DNA from: a virus | Taxonomy: Duplodnaviria > Caudoviricetes | Length of the DNA: 55,069 nt | Strand: one strand, 5' to 3' | Virus record (IMG/VR): IMGVR_UViG_3300036792_000058 | Coordinates: 1 to 55,069 of that record | Part shown: positions 7,871-17,100 of the stretch, in pieces | Position numbering within the stretch: position 1 is the first letter of the stretch | Layout of the letters: each line of letters opens with the position of its first letter | Made by a program: the position numbers and the translations under genes | Notes under the pieces: model-generated | The model's input: the letters and a program-made list of their open reading frames with translations, nothing else | Told to the model about the DNA's origin: nothing | Database searches by the model: none

Positions 7871-10800
7871 ATGTCGCGCCTTATCGGCGAAGCCTACATC
7901 TCCCTGCTCCCAGACGCGTCGCTATTCCGGACAATGGCCACGTCCGAGGTTAACAAGGCGACAGCAGGCATCCGGGGCGACATCAAGCTGACGGCTGATG
8001 CCTCCGACGTTGACAAGAAGGTCGCTGCCATCGCCGCCGCCCTGAAGGGGCTGAAGGGCAACGCGGACCTGAAGTTCAACGCGCGCAGCGCGATCACCAC
8101 CCTGTCGCAACTGGACGCGGCCCTCACGGCGCTGCGCGAGCGGGCGGACAACATCCCGCTCGACATGAACGACACCAAGGGCCTCGCCAAGCTGTACACG
8201 CTCCTCGCGGGCATTGATGACCTGGAGAAGCGCGCGGGGAACGTAGACGCGGACTTCAACATCAACCGCGCCATCGGCAAGCTCTACAGCATGGAGACCG
8301 GCGTCAAGGCGCTGGAGGACGCGGCAAAGAGCATGCGCGCGGACTTCAACACCGCTGAGGCCCAGGCGGCACTGGCTGAACTCGGCGCGGGAGTTGGCAA
8401 GGTCTCCGAGGCCCTGGACAAGATGCGGGCTGACGTTAACGACTCGGCATACCTGGCCAAGATCGTCGCCATGCAGGCCCAGGCCCTGAAGCTCGCGCAC
8501 CAGCTCAAGGACATGCCGGTTACGGCTGACACGCTGCCTTTCCAGGCGTCCCTGTTCAAGCTGGCGGCCGAAGTCGAAGCCTTCCAGAAGAAGCTGGAAA
8601 GCCTCACCGTCAACGCCAGGGTCACGCTTCCGGTAACGCCTGGTGCGTACCAGACGCTTAACACAGGCGGCCTGAATAACTCCGAAGCCCTGCTGATGGA
8701 CCAACTGGCGGCCAAGACCCTTGACGCCATGACCGCGTTCCGGTCCTTCAACAAGGAAATGGACAATACCGTCACGCTGACGCCTATTGTCGCGGCCGGG
8801 CTCGGCAGGATTCTTGCCACTAACCGCATGATCATCGGGGACATGAACCCGTTCTCGGCGGGCTGGTCCTCGCTGACTGCCAAGATGCGGCTGTTCGGCG
8901 GCGCGCTGGACTCTATCCTCCCGCACTGGGCGGCTTCGGTATCCCTGTGGCACCTGGGCGCGGACGCGATCCTGGAATTCGCGGCAGCCTGGGGCCCGGC
9001 TCTTATCGCTGTCGGTGCTTTCGCCGCGTACGCCTATCCCGTGGCCGAGAAGATCTACGGCCAGTGGAAGAACATCAACACCATCCTCGACGGCGTTGGC
9101 GGGAAGCTCCCTGACCTGGGAAGGGGCTTCGACACCATCCAGCGCGCCATTGAGCCTTCCATCATGGAAGCGTTCGGCGAGTACATGCTGATCATCGGCC
9201 GCAATGCCGCGCCGCTCGGCGCTGCGCTGGCTAAGGTCGGAGCGGTTGTTGACGTATGGGGTGCGAAACTGGTCGGCTGGGCTGGCAGTGCCCAGAAGAG
9301 CTTCGACAACATCGTGTCTGTCGGCGCTAAGGACTTCGCCGAGATCGGGTACGGGTTCGAGCAGGTATTCCGGATCATCGGCTCCCTGATTAAGGACCTT
9401 CCCGGCTACGTGCACATCCTGCTGCTAGTCGGTGACGCCATCCTGACAATGACCGCTGACGTGGTGCAGGCTGCCGCGCCGTTCCTCAAGGTCGGCCTGG
9501 CAATTCACGGGTTCCTCATCTACGTCGGCCTTGCGGTTACCGCCGTGCTGGCACTCGGCCGCGCGATGGCCGTGGGAGCTGTCACCAAGTACGCCGACGC
9601 CATGGGAATTGCCCTGGTCGGTATCGGCGGCGACGCTGAGGCGTCCACCAACAAGTTCACCAGGTTCGGTACCGCCATCGGCGGCTTCGTGGGGGTCCTG
9701 GCGGCAGGCGCGGTTAAGACAGGCAGCTACGCGACCAGCATCGGCAAGATAGCGGGCAGCGCCGGCCCTGCTGCGGCCGGGTCCAAGCTACTCGGGGACG
9801 CTGTTGGCCTCATCCCGTTCGGCGCGGAGGGCGCGGCGGCTATCGGCTTCGCTGCGGTACTCGGCGGCGCGGTCTACCTCGGCCTGAAGCTGGTCACGGA
9901 CAACACGGTCAAGTTCAACCAGGCGATGCAGAAGCTGATCTCTACTTCTAACTCAGCGAACATCGGGCAGAACCTGACCGTTGCCCTGGAGAAGACCACG
10001 CGCCAGCTCAACGTGAGCCTCCAGGGCAACGTCAACGCGCAGGAGCAGTACAACAAGGCCGCTGCGAACATTCCGGTGAACGTGTCCGACGCGCAGGCTC
10101 AGTCGGTTAAGAACATCCTGAAGAACCAGCAGCAGCTTACCGACGCACAGAACACCGGCAACAAGCAGTTCCAGACGGCGGCGGCCAACACCACCAGCGT
10201 GTACCACCAGCTCTCTGCTGCGCAGCTACAGGTCATCAGCGAGGGCACCACGTACGGCTCCCGCCTGTCACAGCTCGCCGGGATCTTCGGCAGCGTGGGC
10301 GCGGCGCAGAGCGCCATGAACCTGGTGGGCATCTCCGCTGGCCAGATCGCCACTGAGAACAACGGGACGTTCAAGACGCAGTATGTCGAGCTGGAGGCGC
10401 TGGCCAAGGGCTACGGCTACATGGGCTCGCAGTCTGGCGCGGCCGGCGCGCAACTCGCTGCCCTGAACATCTCCACGGGCACCACGACCAAGAACATCCA
10501 GGCCCTGACGCAGGCAGAGTCCGCATGGGTCAACATGGTCACCAGCGGCGAGTCCGGCTTCGTCGCGTTCGAGCAGGGCTTCCAGGGGCTTTCGGCAGCC
10601 ATGGGCAAGACCGCTGCGGCTGCGCCCCAGGTTACCGTGACGGTGGGCAAGCTGACCGAGCGGTTTAGCGCCCTCGGCGGCACGATGAGCGGCACCTCCA
10701 ATGCGTCCCTCGCCGTGCGCCAGGCGTTCGACTCCCAGCTCACTGCGGGCACCACTCTGTTCGGGAACCTTCAGACCCTGGCCGCAGCGTCCGGTAATAC

Positions 10801-13414
10801 CAGCAAGGCGCAAAACGAGCTGGCTAAGTCCGGCAAGGACATCATCGCCCAGCTTCTCCCGTTCGCGGCGGGCAGCAAGCAGGCGACGGCTGAGGTCAGC
10901 TCCCTCGCGCAGCTCATGGGCGGCCCGGCCACCGACAGCTTCCAGACCCTTGCCAAGTGGGTAGGCAACACCAAGGGCGCTGAGGCTGACCTGAACACCG
11001 AGCAGGGCAAGCTGACCATTTCCGCCGCCAACCTGACCACGGCGGAGAAGAACCTCGGCAACGCGATCCTGACCTCGATCACCAACGCCGAGTCCGCCGC
11101 GATCATCAAGACCGCGAACTTCGGCAACGCGCTTAACGGGCTGGCGCAGGCGGCGTCCAACTCCAAGGGACAGGTCACCCAGGCTGCCCTGGCTTACTCT
11201 GGTGAGTTCTACCAGGCGATGCTGAAGACCGGGGAAGGCACCTCGGCTGCCAAGCAGCAGCTCAACGCCTACCTGAAGCAGCTCGGGTACGGCCCTGCCG
11301 CCATTGCCTCTATTGACTCCCAGCTCGGCGCTTCTACTGCCGCACTGAACAAGTACGTCGCGGTTCAGGCTCAGAGCGCTACGGCGGCTAAGAACTTCCA
11401 GAAGGCCACGTCGGCTAACGCCTCTGCCGTCCAGCAGCTCACGTCGGTAATGCCCGGCACCATTAACGAGCAGAACCTCATGTGGAATGCGCTGGTCAAG
11501 CAGGATGCAGCGATGGTCACCTCGGGCAGGGACGCGACCGGGGCCAAGGGGCAGTTCGTGAGCTTCGCGGTCCAGGGCCTTCAGCTCACCACGCAGCAGG
11601 CGCAAGCACTGTGGTCGAAGTTCGGCAACCAGAACCTCGATCAGATAGCAGGCAAGGCCGGCGCTACCAAGGCCGCGTTCCTGAACATGGCCGAGAACGG
11701 CCTGCACATCTCCACGCACGAGGCGCAGACCCTGTGGGGCGAGTTCGCCTTGCAGAACCTGGACATGATCGTTACCAAGGGTAACAGCGCCAAGTCCATG
11801 TTCGTCAACCTGGCGCGCAACGGCCTGGACCTGACTACCTCGCAGGCGAATGCCCTGTGGGCGGCGATGGAGAAGCAGTACCTCGACACCCTCGCGCACA
11901 AGGCGGGCGAGACCGAGGCGCAGTTCATCAAGACCGCTGCGCAGTTCGGGGAAACGGCTGCCCAGGCCAAGATCCTGTGGGAGCAGCTTCACCAGGTGGC
12001 GGGCAACTACGCCGCGAACATCGCCTTCAAGGTGTCCGGCGGCGGCAGCGTCACGGTCAACGGCACCGTGTCTGTCTCGGCTGGCACCCTCGCGCCCGGC
12101 GCTTCGGTGGCTAACCCGCCGCCCAACGCCGCGCAGAAGGCGCAGGCAACGGCGTCCGCCCTGACGCACAAGTACATGGGCGGCCCGATCCCGGAGCTGG
12201 CCGGCGGCGGCAAGGTGCCCGGCTGGCACAACGGCGGCGACGACACGCTGGCTGTCTCACCGAAGGGCCCTGTCGCGCTCCAGGGCGGCGAGGCCATCGT
12301 TCCCAAGAACCTGGCTACCCACCCGTCGTTCACCAGCTTCGCCAAGGGCCGCATTCCCGGCTACGCCAGCGGCGGCATCCTCGACTCCACCGTGGCCGGC
12401 TTGCCCATCGACCCGTCTGCGGGCTCCAAGCTGATGGACAAGTACCAGGAACCGGGCTTCGCTGACAAGACTGCCTCGCAACTTACCACCCAGCTTTCCA
12501 AGGCCCTCGGGCCGGCCCTGAACAGCGCCATCAACAACGCGAAGCAGGCCGCGCTGCTCGCAGGCAGCAACTACACGGGCGGCATCGCGGGCGGCGGCTT
12601 CGAGTCCATCGGCAACCTGCTGAACTTCGCCCGTTACTTCATGCAGAACGGCCTGAACCGTGCGGCGGCAGCGGGCATGGCCGCTACCATCTCTGGCGAG
12701 GAGAACTCCCTCGGCCCTGAGTCGGTGGGTTCCGGAGGCTTCGGCCTCATCGGCTGGACCGGCAACACCATCGGCCTCCCGCCCGGCTACCACGGCCCGA
12801 CCGGCAACGTGGCCTACGACCTTGCCGCCCAGCTCAAGGGCGTCATCGGCTACATGAACTCCCGTGGCGGCGCTGGCCCGCTGAACGCGGCTGGCAACCC
12901 GGTCCTGGCCGGCGACGTGTGGTCGCGCTACGAGGCTCCGCTGGTGCCGCTGTCCGACACGCGGCCCGCCATTGCCCAGGAGCTGTACGCCCTGCTCGGC
13001 GGCCCGGCTACCTCCGGTGCGCAGGTTGTCAACGGCGCGGTGAACGGCGGTGTGACCTCCGGTAACGGCGGCGGGGTTATCGCCAACGGCTACAGCTACG
13101 CAAAGGGCGGCCGGATCAAGGCGTACAGCACGGGCGGTGCCATCAACGAGCCTGTCTACGGCCAGGGAGCCTACACCGGGATGCCGTACAGCTTCGCGGA
13201 GAACGGCCAGCCGGAGTACGTGAGCAACGCCGGGCAGGCAGCGGCCGGGTCGAACATGATGCAGCCGATAACCACCTACCAGGGCCAGGACATCGTGTCC
13301 GCGCTGAACTACATGATCACGCTGTGGAAGCAGTTCCCGCAGGCTATCGGGTCGGCTATCGGAACCGGGACCGGCAACGGGGTCAAGCACGGTTACTACA
13401 CAGGCCAGAACTAA
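7871..13414 (+). CDS. Tape measure protein with a C-terminal phage-tail-lysozyme-like domain
   Basis: 1847 aa, Ala-rich and helical; 'IGEAYISLLPD' start; C-terminal 'AAAAGMAATISGEE...GFGLIGWT...LAAQL' and YAxGG motifs. Confidence 0.92.
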   Translation: MSRLIGEAYISLLPDASLFRTMATSEVNKATAGIRGDIKLTADASDVDKKVAAIAAALKGLKGNADLKFNARSAITTLSQLDAALTALRERADNIPLDMNDTKGLAKLYTLLAGIDDLEKRAGNVDADFNINRAIGKLYSMETGVKALEDAAKSMRADFNTAEAQAALAELGAGVGKVSEALDKMRADVNDSAYLAKIVAMQAQALKLAHQLKDMPVTADTLPFQASLFKLAAEVEAFQKKLESLTVNARVTLPVTPGAYQTLNTGGLNNSEALLMDQLAAKTLDAMTAFRSFNKEMDNTVTLTPIVAAGLGRILATNRMIIGDMNPFSAGWSSLTAKMRLFGGALDSILPHWAASVSLWHLGADAILEFAAAWGPALIAVGAFAAYAYPVAEKIYGQWKNINTILDGVGGKLPDLGRGFDTIQRAIEPSIMEAFGEYMLIIGRNAAPLGAALAKVGAVVDVWGAKLVGWAGSAQKSFDNIVSVGAKDFAEIGYGFEQVFRIIGSLIKDLPGYVHILLLVGDAILTMTADVVQAAAPFLKVGLAIHGFLIYVGLAVTAVLALGRAMAVGAVTKYADAMGIALVGIGGDAEASTNKFTRFGTAIGGFVGVLAAGAVKTGSYATSIGKIAGSAGPAAAGSKLLGDAVGLIPFGAEGAAAIGFAAVLGGAVYLGLKLVTDNTVKFNQAMQKLISTSNSANIGQNLTVALEKTTRQLNVSLQGNVNAQEQYNKAAANIPVNVSDAQAQSVKNILKNQQQLTDAQNTGNKQFQTAAANTTSVYHQLSAAQLQVISEGTTYGSRLSQLAGIFGSVGAAQSAMNLVGISAGQIATENNGTFKTQYVELEALAKGYGYMGSQSGAAGAQLAALNISTGTTTKNIQALTQAESAWVNMVTSGESGFVAFEQGFQGLSAAMGKTAAAAPQVTVTVGKLTERFSALGGTMSGTSNASLAVRQAFDSQLTAGTTLFGNLQTLAAASGNTSKAQNELAKSGKDIIAQLLPFAAGSKQATAEVSSLAQLMGGPATDSFQTLAKWVGNTKGAEADLNTEQGKLTISAANLTTAEKNLGNAILTSITNAESAAIIKTANFGNALNGLAQAASNSKGQVTQAALAYSGEFYQAMLKTGEGTSAAKQQLNAYLKQLGYGPAAIASIDSQLGASTAALNKYVAVQAQSATAAKNFQKATSANASAVQQLTSVMPGTINEQNLMWNALVKQDAAMVTSGRDATGAKGQFVSFAVQGLQLTTQQAQALWSKFGNQNLDQIAGKAGATKAAFLNMAENGLHISTHEAQTLWGEFALQNLDMIVTKGNSAKSMFVNLARNGLDLTTSQANALWAAMEKQYLDTLAHKAGETEAQFIKTAAQFGETAAQAKILWEQLHQVAGNYAANIAFKVSGGGSVTVNGTVSVSAGTLAPGASVANPPPNAAQKAQATASALTHKYMGGPIPELAGGGKVPGWHNGGDDTLAVSPKGPVALQGGEAIVPKNLATHPSFTSFAKGRIPGYASGGILDSTVAGLPIDPSAGSKLMDKYQEPGFADKTASQLTTQLSKALGPALNSAINNAKQAALLAGSNYTGGIAGGGFESIGNLLNFARYFMQNGLNRAAAAGMAATISGEENSLGPESVGSGGFGLIGWTGNTIGLPPGYHGPTGNVAYDLAAQLKGVIGYMNSRGGAGPLNAAGNPVLAGDVWSRYEAPLVPLSDTRPAIAQELYALLGGPATSGAQVVNGAVNGGVTSGNGGGVIANGYSYAKGGRIKAYSTGGAINEPVYGQGAYTGMPYSFAENGQPEYVSNAGQAAAGSNMMQPITTYQGQDIVSALNYMITLWKQFPQAIGSAIGTGTGNGVKHGYYTGQN

Positions 13415-13476
13415 TGCTTCCCTGTGAAGTCCCTTCACTGTAGGCTGACCCCGAAAGCGAACTACCAGGAGGATTT

Positions 13477-14103
13477 GTGATCAGGAACCTCGGCTCTACT
13501 GTCAGGCGCATTCCCCGGCGCATGCTGTTCATCGGCGTAGGTGTCCTGGTCCTCATAGGCATAGCCGTCCCGTCTGCCCTCGCGTCCATCCCGGATTCCG
13601 GCGGCGTCATCCACGGTTGTTACCACCCTCAGGCCAACGGAGCTAGCACTCCGCTCGGTGTCATCGACACGGCTCTTCCCAGCGGGCACTGCCCCGGCGG
13701 CTGGACAGAAATTGACTGGGGCCAGACCGGACCCGCAGGCGCTACTGGACCCGCAGGTCCGGCTGGGCCCTCTGGTCCGCAGGGTGATACAGGGATGGAA
13801 GGCCCGGCCGGAAATTACACCTTCTACACTGCACAAACCAACGACTACGTACCGCCTGCAACGTCAACCTACGATGTCCTCGCGCAATGCAATAGCGGCG
13901 GGGATATTGCAACAGGCGGAGGATTTGATATAAACGCGGGGGGCGGGTTCCCCGGCGTCACGGTGGCCAGTAGTGTGCCGTTGACACCCAGTAACGGGCA
14001 ACCTCCGTATGGCTGGGAAGCCATATTCAACAATACTAACAGCTCAGGGGAAGTAGAAGTTCACGTGTACGCCGTATGCGAACACGCGAACTCGCAGCCT
14101 TAG
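13477..14103 (+). CDS. Secreted collagen-repeat protein (moron-like)
   Basis: Signal-peptide-like N-terminus, 'IPDSGGVIHGCY', (GXY)n run; visibly more AT-rich codons. Confidence 0.7.
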   Translation: MIRNLGSTVRRIPRRMLFIGVGVLVLIGIAVPSALASIPDSGGVIHGCYHPQANGASTPLGVIDTALPSGHCPGGWTEIDWGQTGPAGATGPAGPAGPSGPQGDTGMEGPAGNYTFYTAQTNDYVPPATSTYDVLAQCNSGGDIATGGGFDINAGGGFPGVTVASSVPLTPSNGQPPYGWEAIFNNTNSSGEVEVHVYAVCEHANSQP

Positions 14104-14115
14104 TGTGGAGATGTA

Positions 14116-17100
14116 GTGTCAGCGTATAGCGGCCCAGGGAATTTCCCGTACTGGATGACGATCGCCAACACAGCAGGCGGCAGCGGCACGCTTACTGAGT
14201 CGGAGAACATTCCGGTTAATGGTAACGGCACCTCCCAGTACCAATTCCAGATCGTCTGCTCGTACGCGACAACATGGGCTTCCGGCGCGGCCATTTACGT
14301 CTCCTGGTATAACGCCACCGGGACGCTGATCAGCTCTAGCTCTGTGATCACGCAGACGAACATGACCGGCGGGGTCCTCTACACGATTAACACCGGCCTG
14401 ATTACCGCTCCTGCCCTGTCGGTTTACGCCGTTGCGCAGATAGAGCTGGTCGGCAACCCGTCCTCGGTCAACCCGCTTTCGGTCTACCAGGCCGAAATGG
14501 ATAACATCCCCACTTCCCTGCCGGTCAACATAAACTACGCATTCACGTACACGACCTGGCCTTGGTCGTCGGCAAGCGCAGGCGTGGTGCTCGGCTGGAA
14601 CTCCAGTCCTTTCCTGGCCGGTGACACTGACTCCCTGGTACTCGACGGGCAGATCGAGCTGATGGGCGGCGGCCAGGGCATCCCGAGCACGATCCCCGAG
14701 CTGCTTGACTCCAACGGCCAGGGGCCGACGTTCCGCATCCTCGCGCCGCCCTCGCTGAACTCCGCAGCTTACGGCTACGAGTCGTCGTATGACCTGAATG
14801 CGCCCCAGCCGACGCAGGACGTGGTGGCTTCCATGCTGCTGGACGGGGAACGTCCCTTCGGCTACCGCGCGAGCAACCGCACCATCAGCCTGCCAGTCAT
14901 GATCTTCGGTACCCAGGCGGGCGGCATGGCCCAGGTGCTGAAGGCGCGCGAGATGCTGATGGCTCTCATCGACCAGCAGTACTGGCAGATCAAGTGGACC
15001 TCCGCCGACACTGGCCTGCCCATGCTCCTCGACGCGTTCCGCGCCCTGGCCTCGGCCCCGGTGTACGGCTTCAACTACTCCGCTGGCGGCAGCGCGACAG
15101 GCGCGACCATCGGCAGGGCGAACTACCCCATCGCCCTGGTCACGCTGGAGATCCAGGCCCTGCCGTACGGCCGGAGCGACGTTGACGGCGTGCAGAACCT
15201 GACCATGGCCAACCCGATCATCGGGGGCGTCCAGTCAAGCGGCTCGTCAACTATCGACGGCTTCGCCACGGTGTTCAGCCCGCCGCCGATCATCAACGCT
15301 CCCACCTGGACCTCGCTGAACGTCAGCAACCCGACCACCACCAGCTCGTTCACCATCGCCTACGGCGTCACCATGACATCCGGTAGCCACACCGTTGTCG
15401 TGCAGTTCCAGACTTCCGCCAACAACATCACGGGCGTCACCGACACGCAGGGCAACCCGTTCACCCTCGCCTCTGTCCAGCGGAACGGCTCGGCCAGCCA
15501 GTACAACTTCGTGTACACCGCGCCAATCGTTAACGGCGTCGGGGCTACCGACCACGTGACAATTACCTCGTCCACGACGCAGAACTTCCAAGCCGACCTG
15601 CTCGCCGTATCCGGCGCGTGGACTCCGCTGGCTGCCTCGGTATCTGAAACAGGCACCGCAACCAGCTACGGCGCTAACATCACCGGCCTTTCCGACTACG
15701 ACCAGATGTTCAGCGTCTCGTTCGGCGCGGGGAGTTCCGGCGCACTGCCAACGGGATTCAACTCAATTGCCACGCCATCGGGTAACGGCTGGAACGCCAC
15801 CATTTCCTGGTTCGCGCAGCCCATTAACCAGACTGCGCTGACGTACAACATCGCCAGCGGCTTGCCTAACCCCTCGGGCGTCGTGGTCATCCCGATGCAG
15901 CCCACCAACAGGTACTGGAACTGGGACACTACCACGCCGCCGCCGGGTTACGTGGGCCACAGTGCGCACTACGCGGCTCCCCGGCCTATCAAGACGCCGT
16001 ACCCGGCCGCGAACTTCCAGCAGACTCTTGCGGTACCCGCGAGTATTGTCGGCTGCCCTGTGCTGTCTGTGTGGTTCGGGCAGAGCTATGACACCCAGTG
16101 GCCGGCAAACCCGTCGTTCATCTCCAACGTCAACCTGCAATGGACGCTGATCGATAACATCGGGCGCTCCATCTCGTTTTCCACATCGTCCAAGAAGGTT
16201 ACCTGGGGAGCAAATCCCACCGCTCCCAAGTGGACGAAGATCAACGCGGCAATCCCGCAGGGCAAAGCGTTCAGTTACAACGCAATTACGGGTTACAACG
16301 TCACGATTACCAACTGGTCGGCCTCCGGCCACACCGGCTACGTACGCATGCACTGCTGGCTGAATGACATCGTGGCAACCCCGAACACCGTGCAGAACCA
16401 GGTCTCGGCGCGCGGCTCGCTGTACAACCTGTTCGCCCTGCCGGGCTCGGCGCGCTCTCCGATCAGCGTTCAGTGCCAGATGCCAGCCTCGGCAAACATC
16501 GTCAAGGAAATCACCACGCCGGCCACCGGCACCTGGGTTGTCCCGCCGGGTGTGTACTCAGTTCAGGCTGAAGCGTGGGGCGCTGGCGGCGCGGGGTCCT
16601 CGACCAACCTGTCCCGCACCATTGCGGCGGCCGGCGGAGGCGGCGGTGAGTTCGCGGAGGAGCTTGCCCTGAACGTGCTGCCCGGTACCAACGTGCCGTG
16701 GTCCATCGGCGCGGCGGGTCTTCCCGGCCAGCTCACTAACACCGTCGTGCAGTTCACCACAGCCGGGCTCGCGCACTGGACCTGCCCGGTCGGCGTTACC
16801 ACCGTACTCATGGAAGCGTGGGGCGGCGGAGGCGCGGGAGCAGCCGGAGGCGGCGGTGGCGGTGGCGGAGGCTACGGGTCTAAGCAGCAGGCAGTCACAG
16901 CGGGCGTCACCTATTACATCTGGGTGGGCAAGGGCGGCAAGGCCGACACCGGAACCTCCAGCGCCCAGAACGACGCCCGTATCGGCGGTGCTTCCTACAT
17001 GGCCAGCGGCCCTGGCCTCACCTACACCGCCTCACTGTGCTCGGCGTCCGGTGGTAACACCGCCCTGACAGGCGGCAGCTCCGGCGGCCACGGCGCGACC

